Assembly: GCA_963692915.1 (NCBI GenBank)
Contig: OY843584.1
Span: forward strand, 672,001-736,000
Direction: 5' to 3'
From: Cenarchaeum sp.
GTDB lineage: Archaea; Thermoproteota; Nitrososphaeria; Nitrososphaerales; Nitrosopumilaceae
DNA length: 64,000 nucleotides
Shown here: positions 19,794-30,558 of the stretch, piece by piece
How positions within the stretch are numbered: position 1 is the stretch's first letter
Layout of the letters: every line of letters begins with the position of its first letter
The notes under the pieces: generated by a model
What the model was told of the DNA's origin: nothing
Seen by the model: the letters and a program-made list of their open reading frames with translations, nothing else
Database searches by the model: none
Position numbers and translations under genes: made by a program

Positions 19794-22505
19794 TCACGCC
19801 CCTGCTGAGGCCATCGCCTCAGCACGCTTTACGGCCTCTTGGGCGCGCGAGACGTCAACGCCGCCGCCCTGCCCAAAGCGCGCACTGCCGCCCCCCGAGC
19901 CGCCAAGTATCGCCGATGCCTCCTTTGCCAGCTCGCCGGCCCTGACGACCTTTTCGGCCTCAGAGCCCGAGTATGCGATAATGCGCTCACGCTCACCGTC
20001 ACGAACGAGCACAAAGTAGACGAGGCGCGGCTCGGCCTTTATGGCCGCCTCGCCGACTGCAATGTGATAGTCAGCGTCAAGCTCGCCGTCGATGAGCGTA
20101 TAGAGCCTCACAGGGCCGACATCGCGCGCCGAGCCGACAGCAGCCGCGGCGGCCGCATCGCGCGACCTCCTCGTCAGGGACTTTAGGCGGCTTCGCGCAG
20201 CATCCCCCGAGGAGAGCTTGCGCTCAAGGGACTCGGGAATCTTTTGCCGGTCTGCGCCGATCTTGCCGGCGACCCACTCTAGTGTCCGGTCATGATCCTG
20301 CACGTGCGAGAGTGCGGGCTCGCCGGCCTTGAAGACGAGGCGTATCACGCCGTCCTGCACGCGCTCTGTCTGCGTTATCTTTAGGAGGCCGATCTCGCCG
20401 GTTCGCCGCACGTGCGTTCCGCCGCACGCCTCGACGTCAAAGTCGCCAACGCTCACTATGCGAACCGCGTCGACTGGGACCACGCCGCCCTGGTATATCC
20501 TAAACCCAAATCTCGACTCGGCCTCCTCTCGCGCATACTCGCGAATTCGGACCTCGAGATTTTGGCGCACTATCGAGTTTGCCATCGACTCTATCCTTGC
20601 GACATCATCGGGCGTGAGGGCCGAGTGGTGCGTGATGTCAAGGCGCGCGTGATCCTCGTCCTTGAATGCCGAGTGCTGCCAGACCCACGATCCCAGGACG
20701 CTCCGTGCCGACGAGTTTAGTATGTGCGTTGACGTGTGGTGAACCGTGACTGCCTCGCGGCGCGCCGCGTCAACGACGCACCTAACGGTCTCGCCGACGC
20801 GCGGGAGGTCGCCTTTGATCGTGTGCGCAATGACGCCATCGTGCGACGTGACGTCAGTCACCGTGGCCGCGCCTATCGTGCCATAGTCAGGCTCCTGGCC
20901 CCCGCTGCGCGCATAGAATGACGTGCGGTCCAGGACTACAGTCCCGCCGGCCGCATGGAGGACACGCGCGTCAAACTCGCCGGGGTCGTCTGCGTGAAAG
21001 AGCGCAACGGTGCGGTCCAGGCCGGCGAGTCCGGCGGGTGCTGCCTCGGCGGCCTTTGAGGCCGACTGGTGGAGCTCAGAAAGGCGCTCATAGAACTCGG
21101 GCGGTATCTCCTCAATTGCGCCGAGCTCCTTGAGATAGTCAGGCGGCACGCCGTCAGACTCGTAGAGCGTGATGAGCTCGTCGACTGTGGGCTCGGCCTT
21201 TTTTGAGCGCATCTTGGAGGCAATCGACTCCATCCTGGAGCGCATGCCCGAGTAGCGCCGCGCCTCAAGGCCGACGATCTCGCTTATCTCGCCGGCGGCC
21301 TCGGCTAGCTCGGGATATGTCCCGCGAAGGTACTCGACGTGGAGCGCGATGAGCTCGTCGAGGTCGTGGCGCGCCCCGAGGCGCCCGAGCTGCGCCATCA
21401 TGCGGCGAAGGAGCACGCGCAGGTTGTAGCCCCCGCCGACGTTGCTTGGAAGCGCGCCGTCGGCTATTGCAAAGGCGAGCGTGCGCAGGTGGTCGGCCAC
21501 TAGGTATATGCCCTCAAGCGGCGCGATGACGCCCGAGACGTACGAGTCGTCTAGTGCGCACGTCGAGATTGCGCGCCGGCGCGCGCGCGCAAGGTCTGGC
21601 TCGGATGACAGGCCGCGCGCTATCTCCCTGAAATACGCGCAGAGCGCCTCCGTGCCGGCCTCAACGCCCTCGGCGTCGGCCATGCGCGACGTTATCGGCC
21701 CAAAGCAGCAGTCATACGCAGTCGGCGTTCCCATCGTGATCCAGGCAAAGCGCTCGAGGCCTGCCCCCATGTCAATGACGCGCCGGTCGAGCCGGCGCGG
21801 CTCGCCGAGGCTGCCCTGAAACTCGGTAAAGACGGCATTGCCCAGCTCGAGGCCGCCCACAAAGTACTCTAGTGACGAGCCAAACGAGCCGCCGCCTGAC
21901 CACACATCCTCGACGAACGTGACGTCCTTTCCCGGTATGCCAAGCGTGCGCGTGAGCATCTCATAGTCGAGCTCGATGCACCTGTCCTTCCAGTACCCGC
22001 CCTCATCAGGCATGCTAAGCTGCCCGATCATGCAAAAGCTCGAAAAGTGCCTGCCCGTCACGCCGACATTGCCAATGTCATTAAAGCGAACGCACGGTTG
22101 CGGGACGACGAGCGGGTTGGCCGGAAACTCGAACTGTATGCCAGAGCCCGTCGGGCGCTGAAAGTCGACGATCGAGGCGATTGTAAAGTAGAGGTCATCG
22201 CGCCACCTGCACACGACAGGATAGCGCCCAATGGACTTGTGGCCATTCTCGACAAAGAACGACTCGACGGCCCGCCATGCGTTCGCATAGTCGAGCCTCT
22301 TGGCGGTGGGCGGGTTGCCGATAAAGGAATAGGCGTCCTCGACGTCATCATCGGGGCAGAGCGTCCTGGAGGGGTCTTGCGTCCAAAAGTGCCTAGAGCA
22401 CCTAGCGCACGCGTGCCTCTCAAAGCCCAGCTCGTCAAAGAGGGCCACGCGATAGTGCGCATCGGGGTCTGCAGACATCCTAGAGAGGAGCTCCGCCTTG
22501 TCCAT
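19794..22505 (-). CDS. alaS: alanine--tRNA ligase
   Basis: 'RWRDDLYFTIASI', 'DMGAGLER', editing motifs 'HTSTH' and 'EACGGTH', C-terminal 'GGSGGG'. Confidence 0.97.
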   Translation of the reverse strand: MDKAELLSRMSADPDAHYRVALFDELGFERHACARCSRHFWTQDPSRTLCPDDDVEDAYSFIGNPPTAKRLDYANAWRAVESFFVENGHKSIGRYPVVCRWRDDLYFTIASIVDFQRPTGSGIQFEFPANPLVVPQPCVRFNDIGNVGVTGRHFSSFCMIGQLSMPDEGGYWKDRCIELDYEMLTRTLGIPGKDVTFVEDVWSGGGSFGSSLEYFVGGLELGNAVFTEFQGSLGEPRRLDRRVIDMGAGLERFAWITMGTPTAYDCCFGPITSRMADAEGVEAGTEALCAYFREIARGLSSEPDLARARRRAISTCALDDSYVSGVIAPLEGIYLVADHLRTLAFAIADGALPSNVGGGYNLRVLLRRMMAQLGRLGARHDLDELIALHVEYLRGTYPELAEAAGEISEIVGLEARRYSGMRSRMESIASKMRSKKAEPTVDELITLYESDGVPPDYLKELGAIEEIPPEFYERLSELHQSASKAAEAAPAGLAGLDRTVALFHADDPGEFDARVLHAAGGTVVLDRTSFYARSGGQEPDYGTIGAATVTDVTSHDGVIAHTIKGDLPRVGETVRCVVDAARREAVTVHHTSTHILNSSARSVLGSWVWQHSAFKDEDHARLDITHHSALTPDDVARIESMANSIVRQNLEVRIREYAREEAESRFGFRIYQGGVVPVDAVRIVSVGDFDVEACGGTHVRRTGEIGLLKITQTERVQDGVIRLVFKAGEPALSHVQDHDRTLEWVAGKIGADRQKIPESLERKLSSGDAARSRLKSLTRRSRDAAAAAAVGSARDVGPVRLYTLIDGELDADYHIAVGEAAIKAEPRLVYFVLVRDGERERIIAYSGSEAEKVVRAGELAKEASAILGGSGGGSARFGQGGGVDVSRAQEAVKRAEAMASAGA

Positions 22506-22714
22506 GCGCGGCGCGTGAATCGGCCCGTATTAAGAAATTGTGCCAAGCGCAGGGCCGGCGCGCAGGAGAGGCCCTGTGCGCCCCGTGCGGTGCCGGAGGG
22601 CCTGCAGGGAATGGCGCCTAGGCGTGGTTATGAAACAACGCCCGCCCATGGTGCCCATGCGTGCAGACCGCACGCACCAGTAACTGACCGGTCAGGATCG
22701 CACCATGGGGAGAG

Positions 22715-23629
22715 TTAGGCACTGCCGCGAATCTTGCCGGCTAGCAGAACCGAGACCTCGGCAGGCCGGCGGGCGACTGGCACGTTGGCCTTGGTGAACA
22801 TGCCCACCTTTGACTCTGCGGAGCCATAGTTGCCGTACACGATCGCGCCAGCATGGCCCATGCGCTTCTCCTTTGGCGCCGCACGGCCAGCAATGTACGC
22901 CACGACTGGAAGGTCAAAGCCCGTGTCGATTATCTTTTGTGCGAGCGTCTCCTCGGCGTCCCCGCCTATCTCCCCGACAACTACAATGCCGCGCAGGCCA
23001 CTGACGCCACGAACCATCTCAAATGCGTCAACAAGGCGCATGCCGTTCACTGGATCGCCCCCAATTCCCAGCGTGATGCACTGGCCAAATCCGGCCTGCG
23101 TCAGGTTATTCGATATCTCATAGAGGAGCGTGCCGCTCTTTGAGAGGACGGCAATGTCTCCTGACGCAAATGGGCTGGCAGGCATGATGCCGACCTTTAT
23201 CGTGCCAGGAATCATCACGCCTGGCGTGTTGGGGCCGATGACGAGGGCGTCATGCTTGGCGGCAAGCTCGATAACCTCTAGCGTGTCCCTTACGGGCACA
23301 TGCTCGGGTATCGCCACTAGCAGCCGTGCGCCGGCTTCGAGTGCCTCACGGGCGGCACCAAGAAAGTGCCTTGCAGGGACAAAATTTGCGACAATCTCGG
23401 CGTGCGTGGCCGAGATCGCCTCGGCGACTGTGTTGTACAGCGGTATGCCCTCAAAGTCGCCGCCGCCCTTGCCGGGCGTGACGCCGGCGGCGATGTTTGT
23501 GCCATAGTCACGCATGAGGCGCGTGTGGCGCGAGCCAAACGTGCCGGTCATGCCCTGCACAATGACTGGCTTTTTGCCATAGTCGGCATCGCCCTCCCTG
23601 CCGCGCAATATCTCAAATATGTCAATCAT
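22715..23629 (-). CDS. sucD: succinate--CoA ligase alpha subunit
   Basis: 'VQGMTG', 'IGPNTPG', 'SKSGTL', phospho-His motif 'RMGHAGAI'. Confidence 0.95.
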   Translation of the reverse strand: MIDIFEILRGREGDADYGKKPVIVQGMTGTFGSRHTRLMRDYGTNIAAGVTPGKGGGDFEGIPLYNTVAEAISATHAEIVANFVPARHFLGAAREALEAGARLLVAIPEHVPVRDTLEVIELAAKHDALVIGPNTPGVMIPGTIKVGIMPASPFASGDIAVLSKSGTLLYEISNNLTQAGFGQCITLGIGGDPVNGMRLVDAFEMVRGVSGLRGIVVVGEIGGDAEETLAQKIIDTGFDLPVVAYIAGRAAPKEKRMGHAGAIVYGNYGSAESKVGMFTKANVPVARRPAEVSVLLAGKIRGSA

Positions 23630-24735
23630 CGCCGTTTGGCTCCCCGAACTGCCGCGTTGATCGCCTCCTCGACTGTGTCAAACATCTCTATCTGCGATCC
23701 ATCGAGCATCTCCTTGGCCTTGTCTGACTCGGCGCCCTTTAGGCGCGCAAATGTCGGCAGCGAGATGGTTCCGTCACCGTACGCCTTTAGGAACGCAGTG
23801 GCCACCGTTGTGGTCCTCACTATGCCACCATACAGGTTTACGAGGATCGCTCGCGTGCGGTGCATCTTGCTGATTAGCGTGACGGCCTCGTAGACTGACT
23901 CTACGGTCGCGCCGCCACCCACGTCAAGAAAGCACGACGGCTTGCCGCCGCTGTCAGAGAGCATGTCAAACGTCGACATGACAAGGCCTGCGCCATTCCC
24001 GACAACTGCAATGTCGCCGTCCATCTCGACAAGCGAGAATCCTCGCGCCGTGGCCCGATCCTCAAGCTCTGAGACCTCCCTGTACTTTTGGAGCTCGGGA
24101 TGCCTAAAGTTGGAGTTGTCATCCGTTATGACCTTGCCATCAAGGGCCGTCATGGTCTCGCCATCGACTATGGCAAGCGGGTTGATCTCGGCGAGCTCGG
24201 CCTCCTTTTCCATAGCGAGGCGCGAGAGCGACTCGAGCGTCTTGACAAAAGATGCCGCCATGTCTCCCTTTAGGCCGATCTCCGTGGCGATTTCAGCACA
24301 CGTCGCCGCATCGACGCCGTTGAGGCCGATCTCGCGAATCGTCTGATCCTTGACTGACTCTATCTCGACGCCGCCCTCAGAGGACGCAATGACTGTGTAT
24401 GTTCGGGTGCCCCTGTTGAGCATGAGCGCCAGATAGATCTCGGAGGATATCGTGGCGGCCTTTTCAACCAGTATTGTGCGCGTCTGCTCACCCTTTATCG
24501 TCATGTTTAGGACCTCGGGGAACTTTATCTCCAGCTCCTCGGGGCTCGAGCACTTTTGTATTCCGCCGGCCTTGCCCCTGCCACCCACTGGCACCTGTGA
24601 CTTTATGACTACGGGGTAGCCCATCTGACCGGCAGCCTCCCTGGCCTCCCCGACATCACGGCAGACTGCGCCATCTAGGAGGCGTATTCCATACTCGGCA
24701 AATAGTTCCTTTGCCTGATACTCTAGGAGACGCAC
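23626..24735 (-). CDS. sucC: succinate--CoA ligase beta subunit
   Basis: 'LLEYQAKELF', 'GGRGKAGG', 'EINPL', 'NGAGLVM'. Confidence 0.95.
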   Translation of the reverse strand: MRLLEYQAKELFAEYGIRLLDGAVCRDVGEAREAAGQMGYPVVIKSQVPVGGRGKAGGIQKCSSPEELEIKFPEVLNMTIKGEQTRTILVEKAATISSEIYLALMLNRGTRTYTVIASSEGGVEIESVKDQTIREIGLNGVDAATCAEIATEIGLKGDMAASFVKTLESLSRLAMEKEAELAEINPLAIVDGETMTALDGKVITDDNSNFRHPELQKYREVSELEDRATARGFSLVEMDGDIAVVGNGAGLVMSTFDMLSDSGGKPSCFLDVGGGATVESVYEAVTLISKMHRTRAILVNLYGGIVRTTTVATAFLKAYGDGTISLPTFARLKGAESDKAKEMLDGSQIEMFDTVEEAINAAVRGAKRR

Positions 24736-24759
24736 GCGCGCGCCTCGTCGGATGCATCC

Positions 24760-25110
24760 TTATAAGCTGTCGCCACGAAGCTCGGACTCGAGCATTGCGA
24801 GAACCTGCGCAAAGCGCTCCCGGCTCGCGCCGATTAGGCGCGCAGGATACTCGTCTAGCGTAAAGACGGACTGGCTGTGGATGCTCGGGGGAACCGGCCC
24901 GCCCGAGACGATGCGCTGCTCTATGACATGGCCACTAGTGAGCGTGCAGACTATCTCCTCGTATGATGAGCCGTCCTCCTCGAGAACAAGCCTGTAGAGC
25001 GTTATTGGCGTGCCCGTCTTTTCAACGGCGCGCGAGCCGCGCGAGAGGAGATCGCGCATCTGGCGTGCCTGGTACGAGTCTAGGCTGATCTGCCTAACCA
25101 TGGCTCGCAT
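24760..25110 (-). CDS. hypothetical protein
   Basis: 116-aa ORF in the same orientation between ileS and sucC. Confidence 0.7.
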   Translation of the reverse strand: MRAMVRQISLDSYQARQMRDLLSRGSRAVEKTGTPITLYRLVLEEDGSSYEEIVCTLTSGHVIEQRIVSGGPVPPSIHSQSVFTLDEYPARLIGASRERFAQVLAMLESELRGDSL

Positions 25111-25155
25111 ATGCCGGTTTTTCTATTTAATAGTGATCATTGGATATCGTGCGCG

Positions 25156-28100
25156 CTAGCCCACCGCAATGCGGATGGGCTGCCCGTCAACGTCGCCGTC
25201 AGAATATGCGGCTCCTGGCCGATCGGAGAGCGTGACTCCCCTGACCCTCACAAGAAACGCAAGCTCCTCGAGCCGGCCGGCCACCATGGACTCCTGCTCG
25301 GGCGCCAGGCCGCTGACTGCCGCATACTCGAGGATGTCAGTCGGGTTGTGCCCGCGCTCCTTGCGCAGGGCCTGCAGGCGGCGCGCGAGGTCGCGCACGA
25401 GCCCGCGGCAGACCATCTCGGCGCTCCGGTTCGAGGGCAGTATGGCGGCCAGGCCGTCCCTGTCTGAGATTTCATTCTCTCCCGTTGCGCAGACCCCAAC
25501 GCCAATGTCTTCAGGACCCAGGACGATCTCGCGATCCCCGACCACGAGGGCGCACCGGCCATCGGCCTCGAGCATGCCGGCGATCTCGGCAGGCTTGGCG
25601 CGCGCAATCTCCTCAATCAGGCGCGGCAATAGATCCCTGGCCTTGGGACCGGCAGACTTTCGGTCAAGCTCGACGACAGGCTCCACGGGGAGCCCAAGCG
25701 AGGCGAGCTCGCGCACTCGTGCTGCGCCAGACGCACCGGCGTCGGCCTCCAGTATGTCTATGCTCTCGGCGTTGAGCTGCTCGCGCAGTATGTCCATGAC
25801 GCCCTCAAGAAGGCCACCCTGCGACTTGCCGACAACAAGCGTTATGCGCTCTATTGGCCACCGGCGCTTTAGTCGTGCGCGCGTGCGGGCAGCGGCTGCA
25901 ACTGACACAAGGCGCGCCATGAGATCAAATGACTCTTCGAGGCGCGAGTCGGCCATCTTGCCGTCAACTGTGGGCCATGACGAGGATGCCAGTGCGGTGC
26001 CAAATACTGCAGAGTGCAGGTGCTCTGTCGTGTATGGGCAAAAGGGGTGCAGGAGGGCATCTACTGTGCGGAGCGCATGAGCCATCACCATGTAGACCGT
26101 GCGCCGCCGCGCGGCGGCACCGTCGGACTCGTCCCACAGGTCTGCGCGCGTCATTGGCACGTACGACTGGCTCAGGTCGCTGATCACATATTCCTCTATG
26201 GCGTGGGCCGCCTCGTGAATTCTGCACGAGTCGAGGTCGCGCGTGACGCGAGACACCGTCCCATGGAGGCGCGAGAGTATCCACCGGTCAGCCGGCGATG
26301 AGCAGTCCGGCGGTTCTGCACACGTGCTGGCGGACACGTCAACGCCGTCGTACTCGGCGTTCTGCTCAAGGTACGCGTGCAGGTTGTAGAGTGTGGCGAG
26401 AACCTGGTACGGGCGCGTTCCAAGCTCGCGCTCATCAAAGTTTACCGACTCGATGGGGCTGGACTTCCACAAAAAGTACAGTCGAACAAGGTCGACCGGA
26501 CGGCGCTCTAGGAGCTCGTGCGCGTCAATCACGTTGCCCTTGCTCTTGCTCATCTTGTTGCCCTCGTGGTCAAGGACATGGCCCTGGAACAGAAATGACG
26601 AATAGGGCGCCGTCGGGGCGCCGGCGAGTATGACGCCCTCGACGAGCAGCGTGTATGCCCACCCGCGCGTCTGGTCAATGCCCTCGGTCAGAAAGGGCAC
26701 GGGGACGAGGCGCGCGTGGGACTCGTCATCCAGTGACGAATAGGGCGCCGAGCCGCTGTTGTGCCACGTGTCAAGGACATACTTTTCGCGGCTCGTCTCC
26801 TTGCCCCCGCACGAGGAGCAGCGGATCGTGATCCGGTCTATCCACGGCATGTGGAGCTCAAAGTCCTCCCCGTCGGGAAGCGACTCGGCCGCATCGAGGA
26901 TCTCGCTGCGCGAGTGGAGCCACGTCTTTGCGCCGCACGAGGAGCACCCCCACACGGGCAGGGGCGTGCCCCAGTAGCGCTCACGCGAGATGCACCACGG
27001 ATGGCGCTCGGAGACTATGCCCAAAAAGCGGTTGCGCGTCTGCTCGTAATAGTACTCGACAGCAGTGGCCGCATCAACTGTCATGCTGTCGAGTCGGTCC
27101 AGCATGTAAAACCACCCGCGCCTCGCAAGCCACACCAGCGCGTCACCGGAACGCCAGCAGTGCGGGTACTGGTGCTTGATCTTGCGCGCCCGCACGAGCG
27201 CTCCCCTCTCGCGCAGCGAGGCGACTATCGCGTCATCCGCATCGCGCACAAACATGCCCGCATACTTGCCCGCATCGCCAGTAAAGCGCACCGCGTCATC
27301 GATTGGGCAAAAGACGGGAACCTCGCGCCTCTGCGCAACGCGCATGTCCTCCTCGCCGTTTGCCGGCGATATGTGGACGAGGCCGCTCCCCGTGGCCGTG
27401 TCAACAAAGGCCTCGGCCACGACTGTGTGGTATGGCGCATTGCCGGCAAGTCCCGCAAGGCCGGGAATCTCGTCCAGGAGGGGGTGGAGATACCTTGTGC
27501 CCTCCAGGGCAGAGCCCCGGACAGTCGAGATGACGCTATACTCCTCGAGGCGCGCCTCTTTTGCAAACTCGGCGAGGCGCGTCCTGCCGACGATCCACGT
27601 CTCATCACCTGCCCTTATGCGGCAGTACTCCTCCTCAGGATGGACCGCGACGAGCGCGTCGGTGACGAGCGTAAAGGGCATGGTGGTCCACACGACAAGG
27701 CTGGCGTCCTCGCCGTCGAGGCGAACCTTGTAGTAGAGCGACGGATCGGTGGCCTCCTTGTACCCCTGCGCGACTTCGGCATGGCTGAGCGACGTCTGGC
27801 ATCCGGGGCAGTACGCGATGACCGCATAGTCGTCGCGCAGCACGCCGAGCGCGCGCGCGCGCCGCAGAACCTGCCATTCGCGCTCAATGTACGCATCAGT
27901 GTACGTCCAGTACGCAGAGTCGTCGTCAGCAGACATGCCAAGCAGCCTGTCGACTGCGACCCAGCGGTCATGGTACTCGCGCACTATTCTCTTGCACTCG
28001 GCGACGAGGCCCTCTATGCCATGCTCCTCTATTCTTGACTTTGAGCCCTCTATTCCGAGCTCCTTTTGCGCCTGCAGCTCGACGGGGAGGCCCTGCGCGT

Positions 28101-28341
28101 CCCATCCGGCCGCGTATGTCACATTATATCCACGGAGCGTCTTGTAGCGGTACCACATGTCCTTGATGACACGGCCCCTGACGTGGCCTGCGTGCGGAAC
28201 GCCGTTCATTGTCGGCGGACCCTCGATGATCGCAATCTCGGGCGCACCGTCTCGCCCACTTGGTGACTTGCGTGCTGCCTCTAGGCGCGGGCGCGCATCG
28301 CGCTCGATTTGCTTGAGGTCCATCTTGCCTTCAAGACCCAT
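25156..28341 (-). CDS. ileS: isoleucine--tRNA ligase
   Basis: 'EGPPTMNGVPHAGH', 'WTTMPFTL', 'WCISRERYWG', 'EGIDQTRGW', 'KMSKS'. Confidence 0.97.
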   Translation of the reverse strand: MGLEGKMDLKQIERDARPRLEAARKSPSGRDGAPEIAIIEGPPTMNGVPHAGHVRGRVIKDMWYRYKTLRGYNVTYAAGWDAQGLPVELQAQKELGIEGSKSRIEEHGIEGLVAECKRIVREYHDRWVAVDRLLGMSADDDSAYWTYTDAYIEREWQVLRRARALGVLRDDYAVIAYCPGCQTSLSHAEVAQGYKEATDPSLYYKVRLDGEDASLVVWTTMPFTLVTDALVAVHPEEEYCRIRAGDETWIVGRTRLAEFAKEARLEEYSVISTVRGSALEGTRYLHPLLDEIPGLAGLAGNAPYHTVVAEAFVDTATGSGLVHISPANGEEDMRVAQRREVPVFCPIDDAVRFTGDAGKYAGMFVRDADDAIVASLRERGALVRARKIKHQYPHCWRSGDALVWLARRGWFYMLDRLDSMTVDAATAVEYYYEQTRNRFLGIVSERHPWCISRERYWGTPLPVWGCSSCGAKTWLHSRSEILDAAESLPDGEDFELHMPWIDRITIRCSSCGGKETSREKYVLDTWHNSGSAPYSSLDDESHARLVPVPFLTEGIDQTRGWAYTLLVEGVILAGAPTAPYSSFLFQGHVLDHEGNKMSKSKGNVIDAHELLERRPVDLVRLYFLWKSSPIESVNFDERELGTRPYQVLATLYNLHAYLEQNAEYDGVDVSASTCAEPPDCSSPADRWILSRLHGTVSRVTRDLDSCRIHEAAHAIEEYVISDLSQSYVPMTRADLWDESDGAAARRRTVYMVMAHALRTVDALLHPFCPYTTEHLHSAVFGTALASSSWPTVDGKMADSRLEESFDLMARLVSVAAAARTRARLKRRWPIERITLVVGKSQGGLLEGVMDILREQLNAESIDILEADAGASGAARVRELASLGLPVEPVVELDRKSAGPKARDLLPRLIEEIARAKPAEIAGMLEADGRCALVVGDREIVLGPEDIGVGVCATGENEISDRDGLAAILPSNRSAEMVCRGLVRDLARRLQALRKERGHNPTDILEYAAVSGLAPEQESMVAGRLEELAFLVRVRGVTLSDRPGAAYSDGDVDGQPIRIAVG

Positions 28342-28437
28342 GGGAAGCCGCAGTGCGGGCGCTCGTTATAAAGTTAGACTGGTCTTGCGCACATGATCCA
28401 AATGGTTCAATTAGCGGCAGTCATTTTGGCATGCCGC

Positions 28438-28992
28438 ATGAGCGGGCACGGCAGCGTTGGGGAGATTCGCCAGAGCGTCATTGGGTGTACCAAGTGCCCC
28501 TTGTGCTCGACGCGCACAAACGCCGTGCCCGGAAAGGGGGACGAGCACGCCAGAATAATCCTTGTGGGCGAGGCGCCGGGGCGACGCGAGGACGAGCGCG
28601 GCGAGCCGTTTGTCGGAGCCGCAGGCCACATACTCGATAACGCGCTCGCCGGTGCCGGCCTCTCGCGCGAGTCAGTATACATCACAAACACGGTAAAGTG
28701 CAGGCCGCCAGACAACAGGGTTCCAACTGACGCCGAGCGTGCCGCGTGTGCAGAATACCTTGCTGCCGAGATATCGCTCATATCGCCAAAGATAGTCTGC
28801 ATAATGGGCAACACCGCGTACAAGAGCATACTTGGGGGCAGCAGCATCACGCGTGAGCGCGGCAAGACCATACACAGGGACGGCATTGACTATTTTCTCA
28901 CGGTCCATCCGGCCGCAGTCATATACAACCGCGGGCTCGAGGGTGCGCTAGGCGATGACATGAAGGCGCTAGCAAGGATTGCCGGAGGCTAG
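28438..28992 (+). CDS. udg: uracil-DNA glycosylase family 4 (Fe-S type)
   Basis: 'CTKCPL', 'VGEAPG', 'PFVG', 'VKCRPPDNR', 'HPAA'. Confidence 0.93.
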   Translation: MSGHGSVGEIRQSVIGCTKCPLCSTRTNAVPGKGDEHARIILVGEAPGRREDERGEPFVGAAGHILDNALAGAGLSRESVYITNTVKCRPPDNRVPTDAERAACAEYLAAEISLISPKIVCIMGNTAYKSILGGSSITRERGKTIHRDGIDYFLTVHPAAVIYNRGLEGALGDDMKALARIAGG

Positions 28993-28993
28993 A

Positions 28994-29557
28994 ATGAGGC
29001 CGCTGCCACGGGAGTTCTATGCCAGGGACACCGTCACTGTCGCTCGCGACCTTTTGGGCCGCACGCTAGTGCGCCGCGCTGCCGGAGGGAGGGCGACGAT
29101 GGCCGGAACAATAGTCGAGACTGAAGCGTACAGGGCGTCTGACGATCCCGCAAGCCATGCGAGACGCGGCATGACGCAGAGGAACAGGGCAATGTTCGGC
29201 GAGGTCGGGCGCGCGTACGTCTACTTTACCTATGGCATGCATTATTGCCTCAACGCCGTAGCGCGCAGCAGCAGGCATGACGCCGGCGCTGTCCTAATTC
29301 GCGCGATCAGGCCGACTATGGGAGAGTGCATCATGGAAAAAAACCGCCATGGGTGCGCCGCGCGCATAATAGCCGACGGGCCGGCAAAGCTCACGCAGGC
29401 CATGGGCATAACTACTGGCCTGTACGGGACAGACCTGACTAGGCGCGGAGACCTGTATGTTGCCGGTGACGTGGCATCTCGCAGGCGCATTGCCACAGGC
29501 GCGCGCATTGGTATACGAAATGGGCTAGACATGATGTGGAACTTTAGGCTAGCCTGA
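28994..29557 (+). CDS. mpg: DNA-3-methyladenine glycosylase (AAG/Mpg type)
   Basis: 'IVETEAY', 'DPASH', 'YVYFTYGMH', 'AVLIRA', 'GPAKL'. Confidence 0.93.
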   Translation: MRPLPREFYARDTVTVARDLLGRTLVRRAAGGRATMAGTIVETEAYRASDDPASHARRGMTQRNRAMFGEVGRAYVYFTYGMHYCLNAVARSSRHDAGAVLIRAIRPTMGECIMEKNRHGCAARIIADGPAKLTQAMGITTGLYGTDLTRRGDLYVAGDVASRRRIATGARIGIRNGLDMMWNFRLA

Positions 29558-30199
29558 GCGCGCATTGCCATTATCGTCTTCATCGAGCGTCCAGGGCGCC
29601 ACGCGTCCTAGCACACGCGACCAGTCGAGTCGCAAGAGCGCGATCACGATGACCGTAACGGCAGCCCCGAACACGATTATGCCAATCAGCGCATACAGGA
29701 CATTGCCGTCAACCTGCGACATGGCAGACTCTACTAGCGAGGCACCAAGATAGTGCGCGAGGAGAACTGTCGCATAGTTGAGGACGAGCTTGCCTGACAG
29801 CGTGTATATCAGAAAACGCACGGGGTTGTACCTTGCTATGCCAAGCGGGATGTAGACGAGGTCATCAGGTATCGGCGTGGCTGCTGCAACAAATGTCGCA
29901 ATGCCGCCGTACCGCTTTACAAGGCGCTCAAATGGCCGTATTCGCGCCCGCGTCTTTGGGGCAATCATGCGCCTCCCCCCATAGCTGACCGAGAATATTA
30001 TCTGCTTTGCCGCAGTTGCAGTCAGCGCAGATATCAGCGCCAGAGCATGCAGGTTGAACGTGTCTCCCACTGACATTGTCACAAGGAATATGAACGAGGG
30101 CACGGGCACAAACGGTATGAGTGAGCCCACAAAGCTGACCAGTCCAAGTCCAAAATAGCTCAGCTCGGAGGACAGACCGAGCAGCGTGAACAGATCCAC
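29549..30199 (-). CDS. DedA/YqaA (VTT/SNARE-associated) membrane protein
   Basis: TM helices and 'AATPIPDD...PLGIARY'; GTG 30199 chosen as start. Confidence 0.82.
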   Translation of the reverse strand: MDLFTLLGLSSELSYFGLGLVSFVGSLIPFVPVPSFIFLVTMSVGDTFNLHALALISALTATAAKQIIFSVSYGGRRMIAPKTRARIRPFERLVKRYGGIATFVAAATPIPDDLVYIPLGIARYNPVRFLIYTLSGKLVLNYATVLLAHYLGASLVESAMSQVDGNVLYALIGIIVFGAAVTVIVIALLRLDWSRVLGRVAPWTLDEDDNGNARSG

Positions 30200-30442
30200 C
30201 GGCAGGCCGCGTCGGCGGCAATTATTTAACTGTGAAGCGCCCATCAGCGGTCAAGGCGCATTCCAACGCACGTCAGGCATCGCTGTCCACATAACTGCCG
30301 GAAATGCCGCATTGCAGGGCATCACCCGGCCACCATTGAGAGGTTCCACGGACCCTGCATGATGCCGTGTCAAAGGTCAAGCGCCAGATATCGCCCATGA
30401 CACACAGCGTCAGGATCCCAGCCCATATTTCAAAAATAATTC

Positions 30443-30459
30443 TGTTTTTCTGAAAAACA
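30443..30459. promoter_or_regulatory. perfect palindrome TGTTTTTC-T-GAAAAACA, candidate operator upstream of the GHKL-AbiEii operon
   Basis: Exact 8-bp inverted repeat with a 1-nt spacer in the AT-rich leader, 100 nt before ATG 30559. Confidence 0.4.
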
Positions 30460-30558
30460 CGTAAAATAATCAATTTATCCAAAAGTCAGCCTATTTGAAA
30501 CAGATCATATATAAGGAAAATAAAATAGGTATATATATTAAATATGCAGTAGCGGGGC

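Noticed and set aside
16844-28038. Long plus-strand ORFs antisense to leuS and ileS (e.g. 456 and 425 aa)
   Set aside because: Antisense shadows of high-GC genes with no recognisable domains.
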